A DNA stretch of 63,945 nucleotides, counting the filler, from Octopus bimaculoides (taxonomy: Eukaryota): assembly GCF_001194135.2 (NCBI RefSeq). It is 4 parts of 4 records of this genome, joined end to end, with 100 filler letters (N's around TTAATTAATTAA, not from the genome) between each part and the next. Parts side by side here need not be neighbours in the genome. Positions count along the whole stretch, not along the records: positions 20,074 to 38,551 come from NC_068987.1; positions 38,652 to 62,727 come from NC_069006.1; 2 more parts are not named here. The stretch is one strand, 5' to 3'. The notes under the pieces are model-generated. The model was not told where the DNA came from, made no database searches, and worked only from the letters and a program-made list of their open reading frames with translations. Shown here piece after piece: positions 37,721 to 48,751 of the stretch; within the stretch, counting starts at the first letter, position 1, and each line of letters opens with the position of its first letter. The translations under genes were made by a program, and so were the position numbers.

Positions 37721-38324
37721 TATTTTGCTTAGGCATAGCGATATAACTAACCTGCTGTTAAAACTCAGTATACATATGCTTCAGAAAAAAGCGTCAGTTG
37801 ATTAGAGAGTGTAATAGGAAATTAAATAAATGACAAAGGAACATAAAATTGCACAATGAGCTTCAGTAACTTACACCTGTTTCAGTTACACCATGTGGTA
37901 CATTCGAAGCTTTCTAGATACATGGATAAATACATACATACATACATACATAATACATACATACATACATACATATATACATACATACATATATACATAC
38001 ACACACACACACACATATATATATATAGTTATCTTCCTTCCCTTTGATTTTCAAAGAGATATTCACATTTGAACAGAAGTTCCTGAGTGAACATATGCAC
38101 ACTGTCTCACATGTACATATGAAATATACAATTACGAAACAGTTATGAAGGATATACTCTTATGTTCTAGCGTGACGTATGCAACCACGTATGTATGTTT
38201 ATGCGCATGCACAACACATACACATATTTGCATATATCAACCAATTCAGGCAACCGAAAGCTCCAGGAGCTGTCCTGTCTACACTTAAACAAAATAGTCT
38301 TGCTACTCTCTTAGAACTAGAACT

Positions 38325-38414
38325 GATATTCCGTCGCTTACGACGATTGTTCCACATGATCCGCTCAACAAGACAGCCTGCTCGTGAAATTAACGTGCAA
38401 GTGGCTGAGTACTC

Positions 38415-38475
<61 letters not shown>

Positions 38476-38530
38476 AACATGGTTCTCAGAGAGATTCAGC
38501 GTGACACAGAATGTGACAAGGCTGGTCTTT
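38325..38530 (-). mobile_element. SINE family C, diverged 3' fragment with internal (CA)n expansion
   Basis: CCGTCGCTTACGACG..CAGCCTGCTCGTGAAATTAACGTGCAAGTGGCTGAG. Confidence 0.8.
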
Positions 38531-38651
38531 TCAATTACGGGTGCAACACATNNNNNNNNNNNNNNNNNNNNNNNNNNNNNNNNNNNNNNNNNNNNTTAAT
38601 TAATTAANNNNNNNNNNNNNNNNNNNNNNNNNNNNNNNNNNNNNNNNNNNN

Positions 38652-38681
<30 letters not shown>

Positions 38682-38683
<2 letters not shown>

Positions 38684-38840
38684 GACAGGCTTCTTTCAGT
38701 TTCCGTCTACCAAATCCACTCACAAGGCTTTGGTCGGCCCGAGGCTATAGTAGAAGACATTTGCCCAAGGTGTCATGCAGTGGGACTGAACCCAGAACCA
38801 CGTGGCTGGTAAGCAAGTTACTAACCACACAGCCACTCCT
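38682..38840 (-). mobile_element. SINE family B, 5' half
   Basis: GGCTTCTTTCAGTTTCCGTCTACCAAATCCACTCACAAGGCTTTGG..ACCACACAGCCACTCCT. Confidence 0.9.
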
Positions 38841-39510
38841 GTGTGTAATTGTTTACAAATTTATCAATATACCGAATCAGTTTCAATTTTTTTGTTTTTC
38901 AATGCAGAATAAAAATAAACAAAGTGAAGGTTTTAAAGAAATTGAATACATAAGAACATTCCATGGCGATAACATGTACTCCAAAATCTCAAATGTTCGT
39001 GAAAATTCAAATATTAAATAATCCCTAAAGTAACAGAAAATGATAGAAGTTCAAATGTTTGATAAATTTTATAAACAGCAACACATGATTGAGGATTAAA
39101 CAGGTTTCAAAAGCAATAAGTTATGTTAGATAGGACTAACACCAACATTTTTTCATAAGCGCAGGTAAGTAGATGAATGGCAAAGAGATATTTGGCTGCT
39201 ACCTCCAGCGGCCGAGTGCTCATTATTAAGAAGACGAAACAAGGTTGATTTCAAGTAAACTAGTGGCCGTCAAATGTAAATAATATCGTATTGGCTTTTT
39301 GGTACAAAATACACTTTAGTTTATATCGATAGAGGGGAGATAAACCTCAGTTACCTCCAGCGCCGAGACCATTATTTCACTTGAAGTCAACCTTGTTTCG
39401 TCTTGTTAATAATGAACACTCGGCCATCGATATATAGACTGACAGTGCCAGAACAGGCATCCATATAATCCTATTTCAAAGTAGGTTGCTTCTGCTGACG
39501 TTTAACCCTA

Positions 39511-39862
39511 GCTTGCTTACCGGGTTCAGTCCCACTGCGTGGCACCTTGGGCAAGTGTCTTCCGCTATAGCCTCGGGCCGACAAAAGCCTTGTAAGCGGA
39601 TTTGGTAGACAGAAACTGAAAGAAGCCCGTCGTATATATATATGTGTGTGTGTGTATGTGTGTGTGTGTTTGTCCCCCACCCAACATCGCCTGACAACTG
39701 ATGCTGGTGTGTTTACGTCCCCGTTACCTAGCGGTTCGGCATAAGGGACCGATAGATTAAGTACTAGGCTTACAAAGAATAAGTCCTGGGGTCGATTTGC
39801 CCGACTAAAGGCGGTGCTCCAGCATGGCCGCAGTCAAATGACTGAAACAAATAAAAGAATAA
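39511..39862 (+). mobile_element. SINE family B, 5'-shortened
   Basis: Matches 21205-21610 and 23396-23665. Confidence 0.92.
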
Positions 39863-40517
39863 AGTTCTGTCGCGTTTGTATGAAGAAATGTTTGTCGTCT
39901 GCTTCACCGGTGGAAACTTGGACTGCCTGAGCACGTCATTTGCTTATGGAATGCTTTGGGGATGTCATTTGTTTTGATCACTTGTTTTTGTCTAACAGTT
40001 GTCCAATGGTCTGGTTGGTTGGTTTTCTGTGGAGGTAATTTGTTTATCAAATTCTTTGGTCACTTGTTTTTACCTGACAGTCGTTTAGCTGATACCGTTA
40101 AAACATCACTTGATTTTCTGATGTCACAGTCGGCGAATGTTTTAAAGACATTTTCTTTTTTTTTTTTTTTTGACCAAAAAATAAAATCCAATTAGTCAAT
40201 CCCAGGGTGACATCAGCAAATAGTGACGACAAATTGTACTGTGTACTTATACAGAGGTTTGAAATAAGGGTTTCGAATCCTGAAACAAGCCCGACATATG
40301 CATACATATATAGACATATAGACATACTATCCATGCCCACACAGACATACATAGACCCAATAAGTAATGTGATATTTATCCCCACTTAAACATGGCTGTT
40401 CTATTATAACAAACTATTCTGTGGTAATACAGTTCGATATTTAAGAGATGAGGAATTATGTACATTATTTATCTTATTTACATTTGACGGATATTTGTCC
40501 TCATCTTGTTTGTTGTT

Positions 40518-40563
40518 AACACAACATTTCGGCTGATATACCCTCCAGCCTTCATTAGGTGTC
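40518..40563 (-). ncRNA. Minimal type I hammerhead-like motif, core CUAAUGA
   Basis: GACAC-CUAAUGA-A-GGCUG(10-nt loop)CAGCC-GAAAU-GUU-GUGUU. Confidence 0.6.
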
Positions 40564-40710
40564 TTGGGGAAATTTCAAACCTGGGTTCTCATTCCTAAGG
40601 TATTTTTCGATGTTATATGGTGTAGTGGTTAAGAGCGAGAGCTACTAACCCCAAGATTCAGAGTTCGATTCCAGGCAGAGACCTTAATAATAATAATAAT
40701 AATGATAATA

Positions 40711-40841
40711 AGCACTACTGCTCACTGCACACAGCACTACTGGGCACTGCACACAACACTACTGGTCAATGCACACAACACTACTGGGCACTGCACACAG
40801 CACTACTGGGCACTGCATAAGCACTACTGGGCACTGTACAC
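40711..40841. repeat. 22-bp tandem repeat, about 6 copies (GCACTACTGGGCACTGCACACA)
   Basis: Direct inspection, inside the composite element. Confidence 0.9.
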
Positions 40842-41025
40842 ATCCTACGCAAAACACTTTCACTACAGTAACCATAAGAGCATCACAGCAAACCACAGCA
40901 CATACCCAAGGCACACAGAGCTGCGCTCGGGTAGTGAAGTGAAAGCACGTTATAAAAATAAAACTACTGAACAATAATAATAATAACATCGAAAAATACC
41001 TTACAAATGAGAAAAATTTCCCCAA

Positions 41026-41071
41026 GACACCTAATGAAGGCTGGAGGGTATATCAGCCGAAACGTTGTATT
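41026..41071 (+). ncRNA. Minimal type I hammerhead-like motif, core CUAAUGA
   Basis: GACAC-CUAAUGA-A-GGCUG(10-nt loop)CAGCC-GAAAC-GUU-GUAUU; palindromic AACGUU. Confidence 0.6.
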
Positions 41072-41863
41072 AACAAACAAGATGAAGACAATGTCCGTCA
41101 AATGTAAATAATGTAAACTATTCTGTGGTACCTACCTCGATGGAGACTCGTATTAGCTTTTTGGTACAAAATACACTTTAGTTTATATCGATAGAGGGGA
41201 AATAAATCCTTGTCACCTCCAGTGCAGAGACCATTAGTTCACTTGAAGTCAACCTTGTTTCGCTTTGTTTCGGCCGCTAGAGACAGCAGCCATTCATCTC
41301 TTTGCCATCGATATATAGACTGACAGTGCCAGAACAGGCATCCATATAATCCTATTTCAAAGTAGATTGCTTCTGCTGACGTTTAACCCTAGGTGAGCAT
41401 TGATTAAGCAGTTCCATGCTCAAAAATATTCCCAGTCAATTTAGGTCTGCATTATCCTTCTCAATGGGGATGCCTGTTTCAAAGGAGACTTCACTGTTAT
41501 TTCTCGCAAACCAAGAGAGTAGGTAGAGGAGTTCTCGTTAGGCTAGTCTTGCTCTCGCGCTTTTTGTCCCGGGTCAATATTAACCGAGATAATTAATTAT
41601 CAAAAGTTATTCCGGCCGGAACTATAACATTTTTCTAAAATTATTTTAACTGAATCATTCCTTTTTAGGGATATGTTTCGAGGAGATTCGGTTACTATTT
41701 CTAGTAGGCTGAATAACAGACGCAGAGACTCCGTCATTGGCTCATTTTTATTATTATCGTTGTCGGTGCTGTGGTCAAGTAACTCCTATGAGTATATGCG
41801 TCTCTATAGGATTTCCTATAAGTAGTTTATCTCCACGCTATTGTTATTGTTTTACGTCTTATC

Positions 41864-42134
41864 ATGGATATAAAGCAGCTCGATGATTCAGCTATCGAAG
41901 TACTTACTGTGCCTGAGTTAAAGAAATATTTAAGATTATACGGACAGTATGTTAGTGGAAGAAAGGCGGACTTGACTGAAAGGTTGAAAGGAATAAAAAT
42001 TCTCTCGATGAAGAATGTCAATAAAGTAAATTCATCGGACGATAAGTCTGAAGTATCGGACGATACTTCAGACAGGAATAAACAGAAGCTTATATCTCCT
42101 CTCGGTGAAGTATTGCCTGATCCCAATCTGTGTG
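41864..42134 (+). pseudogene. N-terminus of a SAP-domain protein, truncated by a mariner insertion; probably transposon-derived
   Basis: MDIKQLDDSAIEVLTVPELKKYLRLYGQYVSGRKADLTERLKG fits the SAP pattern LxVxELKxxLxxxGxxxSGxKxDLxxRL; acidic linker follows; mariner TIR starts at TA 42135. Confidence 0.7.
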
Positions 42135-42525
42135 TACGAGAGGGTACCCCAAAACAAACCGGAATTTTGCAGTATTATTTTATTCATTTAATTTTACATG
42201 TTTACGCTTTTATCGCCTTCAGAGTTTCCTCCATTTGAAGCAATGCATCGGTCCAATCGCATTTTTCTCAATTCGAAACAGTGCCGGAACTCATGTGAAG
42301 TGATGCTTTTTAACACCTCCGTCGTTTATTGTTTTCTTTCTTTCTTTACCACTTCTACATCTGCAAATTCCGTAGCACCCGTTTTCGTCACCAGGGATGG
42401 CCTTCAGAAAAAGGTCCGGATCAACTTCCAATTGTTCTTTCAGTTCACAACACGCATTCAATATTGACTGCTTTTCATCTGCCGTGAGCAAGAAAGGCAC
42501 AAATTTTACTGCAACACTTTTCATT
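42135..42525 (-). mobile_element. Internally deleted mariner fragment with 3' TIR
   Basis: VAVKFVPFLLTADEKQ..CELKEQLEVDPDLFLKAIPGDENGCYG; EFRHCFELRKMRLDRCIASNGGNSEGD; TIR TACGAGAGGGTACCCCAAAACAAACCGGAAT. Confidence 0.85.
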
Positions 42526-42532
42526 CGTCATT

Positions 42533-42706
42533 CCTTGACAACCGATGCTGGTGTGTTTACGTCCCCGTAACTTAGCGGTTCGGCAAAAAGAGACCGATAG
42601 ATTAAGTACTAGGCTTACAAAGAATAAGTCCTGGGGTCGATTTGATCGACTAAAGGCGGTGCTCCAGCATGGCCGCAGTCAAATGACTGAAACAAGTTAA
42701 AGAGCA
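42533..42706 (+). mobile_element. SINE family B, 3' half, low divergence
   Basis: CTTGACAACCGATGCTGGTGTGTTTACGTCCCCGTAACTTAGCGG..ATGACTGAAACAAG. Confidence 0.92.
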
Positions 42707-43585
42707 AGTGTTATTTCCCATTTGCTTTTCTTAAAATCAAAGGAAATGTCTACGATTCCCTTTAAACTTTGCTGTTGTGACCGAGACATTTTCCATTATA
42801 TTTCAGAGATTAAGTACTGAGACGCTGAAGCAGAAATATCCTTATAGCAAATATTCTACTCAATACCACAGATTTGCTTGTCAGTTGCTTGATTGACCAT
42901 AACTACTTAAGCATGTCCCTTAGTGGCTGACAGTATATATATATATATATCTGTGAGCAGATGTAGTGAGGGGATATCATAGTCAGTGTGTTGAGAGGGG
43001 TTCTTTGAGGTTTTAATAAATGTAAGAAAAACAAAGTTTGAAGAATATATTAGCCATTTTTCATACTTTCTAGTGGTAAGCAAATAAGAAATAACAGTTA
43101 CTGCCGAAGGACAAAAATCGTGTTACACAATGTTATCCATTATATCCTTTCATTTCATTTCCCAAGTCGGTATGTGATTTGAAGGAGGTTTGGCTGCTAG
43201 TTTTAACACAGCGATTAACTACACGGGTGCTCCCGCATTGCTTCTATAACTCAGAGAGGATAAGTCCATTGATGTCAGTTTTGGTCTTTTTCTCGCATGC
43301 ACAGAAATGACGACCCAAATATTTGTTTGTTTAGGACTGACCAATAGATCTAGCAGACTAAATATATCACGGTTGGTTGACTAAACTGACTAAGTTGATT
43401 GGTTTGATCTGGTTGACTGGTTGCCATCATCAATAATTTCTCTGAGTTAATTGGTTAGTTTGTTAATTTGAAGATATATTTGTTTATAATTGCTTATTTA
43501 TTTTAAATGAGTCTGTTATTTAATGATGGTCTATAATTATATAATTTCTAATTAGAAGAAGATAATAAATAATAATTAAATATTT

Positions 43586-43752
43586 TGCACTAAGTATGGA
43601 CTTGACAGAGCAAAAGATTGGTACGACCACAAACCTGAAGGCATCATCAAAAACAGAAATGCAAAGATCCTATGGGATTTTATGATTCAGTGTAGCCATG
43701 AGATAGAGAATAGGAAGCCAGACATAGTGTTAATCGAGAAAGAAAACAAACT
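43586..43752 (+). mobile_element. R4/Dong-clade LINE fragment (restriction-like endonuclease region)
   Basis: Open frame CTKYGLDRAKDWYDHKPEGIIKNRNAKILWDFMIQCSHEIENRKPDIVLIEKENK. Confidence 0.8.
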
Positions 43753-43875
43753 CATCGACCCCAAAAGCATGAAATTCAAAGTCGACTTTGGTGGAATTTG
43801 AACTCAGAACATAAAGAAGGACGAAATGTCAATAAGAATTTTGCCTGGCGTGCTAACGCTTCTGCCAGCTTGCCA
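43753..43875 (-). mobile_element. SINE family A 5' fragment
   Basis: AAAGTCGACTTTGGTGGAATTTGAACTCAGAAC..GCGTGCTAACGCTTCTGCCAGCTTGCC. Confidence 0.8.
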
Positions 43876-43891
43876 CCCTAAATACTACTAC

Positions 43892-43924
<33 letters not shown>

Positions 43925-44321
43925 TAAACGTTTCTTTATTGCCCACAAGGGCCGAACACAAAACTAATAAGGTCAAAACTAGAGACACGTAGGGTTGAAC
44001 AAAAATCAAATGAACAATAAGATAACAATGCCAACAATACAATTAAACAACAAAATTCCCTAAAAGTGGGGAATTAACACCCACCCAGTGTGATTACTAA
44101 TTCCTTAAGCGCTTATGTGACATTCGGCTGCCTTGTAACTGTTCCTCTGGATCTTTCCTTGTAAATTAAACATTTATATATATATATACATATATACATA
44201 TATATATACATATATACATATNNNNNNNNNNNNNNNNNNNNNNNNNNNNNNNNNNNNNNNNNNNNNNNNNNNNNNNNNNNNNNNNNNNNNNNNNNNNNNN
44301 NNNNNNNNNNNNNNNNNNNNN

Positions 44322-44359
<38 letters not shown>

Positions 44360-44431
44360 TAAATATATGTCATCAGTAATTCATGTACCTGAAAAAGAAG
44401 TACATTCTAAAGCATTAGAGCAGTAATATAG

Positions 44432-44649
44432 TTTTTAGGTAGTTAATTGTTATGGCCAGTCATAGAGCAACCATTAGTTTCACACCTACAAAGCGCTTAG
44501 CTGTATAAGTGACTCATCAGGCTAAATTGGTCAAAGGCACATAACCTTCAGCCGCTTGAGTCTGACGAATCACCTAAACAGCTAAACACTTTATAGGTGT
44601 GAAACCAATAGTCTCTCTATGACCAGCCATAACTTTCAACTTCCTAAAA
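44432..44649. mobile_element. Foldback mini-element of two diverged inverted arms, each with a hammerhead-like motif
   Basis: Arms 44432-44525 and 44556-44649; minus CUGAUGA 44514-44520 with GAAAC 44477-44481; plus CUGACGA 44562-44568 with GAAAC 44601-44605 and GUC 44611-44613. Confidence 0.7.
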
Positions 44650-44650
44650 T

Positions 44651-44685
<35 letters not shown>

Positions 44686-45796
44686 CAGATATATATGTAT
44701 ATATCTTTTTATTGATGAAAATAACAATAAAATAACAACAAAAGAAAATAACACAAAAGCTGAAGTTTGTTGGTTCAATTGAATCTTTACTAAATCTAGA
44801 AATATTTTACCTCATCTCAGAAACGTATGCATACATATACATACATATATATATATATATATANNNNNNNNNNNNNNNNNNNNNNNNNNNNNNNNNNNNN
44901 NNNNNNNNNNNNNNNNNNNNNNNNNNNNNNNNNNNNNNNNNNNNNNNNNNNNNNNNNNNNNNNNNNNNNNNNNNNNNNNNNNNNNNNNNNNNNNNNNNNN
45001 NNNNNNNNNNNNNNNNNNNNNNNNNNNNNNNNNNNNNNNNNNNNNNNNNNNNNNNNNNNNNNNNNNNNNNNNNNNNNNNNNNNNNNNNNNNNNNNNNNNN
45101 NNNNNNNNNNNNNNNNNNNNNNNNNNNNNNNNNNNNNNNNNNNNNNNNNNNNNNNNNNNNNNNNNNNNNNNNNNNNNNNNNNNNNNNNNNNNNNNNNNNN
45201 NNNNNNNNNNNNNNNNNNNNNNNNNNNNNNNNNNNNNNNNNNNNNNNNNNNNNNNNNNNNNNNNNNNNNNNNNNNNNNNNNNNNNNNNNNNNNNNNNNNN
45301 NNNNNNNNNNNNNNNNNNNNNNNNNNNNNNNNNNNNNNNNNNNNNNNNNNNNNNNNNNNNNNNNNNNNNNNNNNNNNNNNNNNNNNNNNNNNNNNNNNNN
45401 NNNNNNNNNNNNNNNNNNNNNNNNNNNNNNNNNNNNNNNNNNNNNNNNNNNNNNNNNNNNNNNNNNNNNNNNNNNNNNNNNNNNNNNNNNNNNNNNNNNN
45501 NNNNNNNNNNNNNNNNNNNNNNNNNNNNNNNNNNNNNNNNNNNNNNNNNNNNNNNNNNNNNNNNNNNNNNNNNNNNNNNNNNNNNNNNNNNNNNNNNNNN
45601 NNNNNNNNNNNNNNNNNNNNNNNNNNNNNNNNNNNNNNNNNNNNNNNNNNNNNNNNNNNNNNNNNNNNNNNNNNNNNNNNNNNNNNNNNNNNNNNNNNNN
45701 NNNNNNNNNNNNNNNNNNNNGCCAACAATCTTAAAAAAAAATTTTTGCAGGAGGGGGTTTTCCTATTCTATGAAATACTGACAAGCTTGAAAGATA

Positions 45797-45849
<53 letters not shown>

Positions 45850-46510
45850 TAAAAAACAAAAAAAGGATAAAAACAAATATAACTGTTCGTTGTAACAATT
45901 AGCATTTAGAGAGAGGGAGAGAGAGAGTGAACAAGAGAGCGAGAGACTCGGAGAGGAAAGGTATATTAGAATTAAAACAACTACTACAATATCAACAGCA
46001 CCAGTATACAGGAACAACAACAACACAGACCCCCATCCACACATATGTACAGACATTTCTCTCACTGACTCTCCCACACCCAATGCACTCTATAATAAAT
46101 ATTTTGTTTTAAAGTCGTTATTATACAAGGTGACCCACATAATTTCTAATAATGTCTCTCTCCCCACAATGAATCAGTTTATTTGACCAGATGGTGATGT
46201 CACTCTATCAGCTTTCTTGCCTTTCATACCAAACTACCACTACATTGTCCTATCCCTGTGTCAAATTATAGCTGTGTCACCTGCAAATGTTTTTGACCTA
46301 CCATTAAATCGACATAACTTTGGGGCAAAATCTCATTCTTGTCAATCTACAAGTACACTGAAGCATCATCAGACCAAATTAACATTATGGTGACCAATTA
46401 TGAGTTAACATGTAGTGTTGACAAATTACAAGAATGTCAACCTACTGAGATATAAAACTTATAGTGCAGCAATTAACCAGTCTGTCAATCTACCAATTTG
46501 TCTATCTACT

Positions 46511-46822
46511 GCTGTGCCTATCTATCAGTGTTGACATACCATCTGTCAATCTATCAGTGCTGACATGCCATTCAGTCAATCTATCAGTGCTGACATGCCA
46601 TTCAGTCAATCTATCAGTGCTGACATACCATTGTCAATCTATCAGTGTTGGCATACAATTCTGTCAATCTATCAGTGTTGACATGCAATTCTGCCAATCT
46701 ATCAGTGTTGACATGCAATTCTGCCAATCTATCAGTGTTGACATGCAACTCTGCCAATCTATCAGTGTTGACATACAATTCTGTCAATCTATCAGTGTTA
46801 GCATACAATTCTGTCAATCTAT
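46511..46822. repeat. 30-bp minisatellite, about 10 copies (CTGTCAATCTATCAGTGTTGACATGCAATT)
   Basis: 30-bp period clear at 46660-46822; more degenerate leftwards. Confidence 0.92.
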
Positions 46823-46976
46823 TGTTATATTGACTTACCAGCACACTAACCTGCCACTGTGTTAATTTATGAGTATGTCAATCTACCTCTAAGGTCAATT
46901 TTCCACTATGTCAAATTAGTAGTCTGTCAATTTAGTGGTTTATATTCACCACTATGTCAACTTAGAAGTGTGTTAA

Positions 46977-47174
46977 CCCTTTAACATTTAAACTCGCCAT
47001 ATCTGTTTTATGTTCAAACTGGCGAAATTTGGCCTCTCACACCAACCCTACAATATCATTCTAAAAATGAACAGTTTCATCATCAAAATCTTGAAGCTAT
47101 GGGATAATGCATGATTAATTCAAATGTGAATAAATAAGCATTACATTTGACAGAAAAATCTAAATGCTAAAGGG
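46977..47174. mobile_element. piggyBac-type MITE, 198 bp
   Basis: TTAA TSD at 46973-46976 and 47175-47178; termini CCCTTTAACATTTA and TAAATGCTAAAGGG. Confidence 0.9.
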
Positions 47175-47872
47175 TTAATCTATCAACAATGTCCTAACCA
47201 ACAATTTTGGTGATCTGTCCTTCAAATATTCATCAAACCCTGCCTAGTCATCTACATTACATTCATGGCAAAGAAGTACACTGACTCAGTCCACACCAAC
47301 CTGTAAAATGGTATCATGATTAAATACATACAATTCACCAGTGAAAGCAATGGAGGGGAAGCGAACGTCCTGAAAAGGTGGTTTAAATTGACTGGTATTC
47401 CACATGTTTAACTTCATGTAAGTAATAATCTACTTCAAGCATAAGATGACGTGAGATGGCATGAAATGGAGATGTGATGAAGAGGACTGAGCCAAGATAA
47501 CTCATGAACAACACCACAATGTCTATTACAAGAACACGAATGAATCCAGAGATGCCCCACTGGAGCATGCACAACTGATCAGAAATCACCAATTCCTTCT
47601 TCAGTTACATAAAAGAGAAAGAAACTAATTCACACACACGCATCATATTAGTGATAGGAATAAATATCATTTTCTTATCACTTTTAAGTGTATAGTTTTT
47701 ACACATAAACAGACAGTGTTTTGTTTTCTCAAATTTTCGGCTGGTCATGGAAGGTTCTTGAGGTTTATAAAAAGTATGGCAACACCATCATATATAAAAG
47801 CCAGTAATGCCCTCTTATTATTCATTCTATTAGCTACTGATAAAAGGTGAGGTATGTCTATAAATGTACATA

Positions 47873-47912
<40 letters not shown>

Positions 47913-48053
47913 TACATATATTTATTTCATTTAGGCATTGCAAGGTTAATAACCTGGTGTAGAACTCAATATACGCATATTTCAAAACAAAGTGTTGGAT
48001 GAATATAGAGCAGTAAATAAAAAAGAGAGATGAAAAAGGAATAAATGATTATC

Positions 48054-48199
48054 TTATGAACTTCATTACCTTACAGCTATTTCTGCTATAAGATGCAGTG
48101 GATTCGGCTCCAATGAAGCAATAAGGTGTTATTCAGGCACTCAACTATGAGTTCACTGCATCTATAACAGAAACAGCTGTAAGGTAATGAAGTTCATAA
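48054..48199. repeat. Inverted repeat, 46-47-bp arms with 53-bp spacer
   Basis: 48054-48100 versus 48154-48199, about 3 differences; right arm contains GAAACAGCTGTA. Confidence 0.85.
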
Positions 48200-48442
48200 T
48201 ATAATCATTTATTCCTCTGTCATATCTCTTTCTTTTACACACACACACACACACACATATATATTATATAATTTTATATACAAATTACCACTACAAATAT
48301 AGGGCCATATCTAGGAGAAAGAAATATAGAGTACATTTGGTTATTTTAATGCAGGCACCTTGATTCATTTCCCATATTAGAATAAAGATGTTGTTAGAAA
48401 ATTACTATTTGTAAATCTCACGAGAGATATTCAGCAACAGTA

Positions 48443-48751
48443 CTTTGTAGTAAAGATTGTTTGCCAACATGACATGGCAGTCCTGGTTTATGACTAATGT
48501 TGCTGTAATTTAGCCCCAGGAGACATCGTCTCCAACTGGCTATGCGACACAATCTGTCGTATATTTTCGAACAAGGGAATCTAGCACACCCACTATTGTT
48601 TGAGTGCTAGACTCCCTTGTTCAAAAATATAAGGACACAGATCATGTCATATAGCCAGCTGGAGACGATGTCTCCTGAAGCTAAATTACAGCAACATTAG
48701 TCCTAAAGCAGGACTGCCATGTTATGTTGACAAACAATCTTTACTACAAAG
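48443..48751. mobile_element. Foldback element, ~145-bp arms and 16-nt loop
   Basis: CTTTGTAGTAAAGATTGTTTG..CTAGCAC, loop, GTGCTAG..CAAACAATCTTTACTACAAAG; scattered mismatches. Confidence 0.85.

Larger units (their letters stand above)
40427..41114 (+). mobile_element. Composite non-autonomous element: inverted hammerhead-bearing termini, tRNA-like head, (AAT)n, 22-bp repeat; 16-bp TSD
   Basis: TSD AAACTATTCTGTGGTA at 40411-40426 and 41115-41130; arms ~40455-40618 and ~40984-41114 are reverse complements; A box TGGTGTAGTGG and B box GTTCGATTC at 40618-40672. Confidence 0.85.

Noticed and set aside
39870-40140. Unique segment with fairly open minus-strand frames
   Set aside because: Contains stops, no recognisable domain and no clear splice sites
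47383-47592. Hydrophobic 69-aa minus ORF and nearby splice-like signals
   Set aside because: No recognisable motif and no consistent exon chain; implied introns too short
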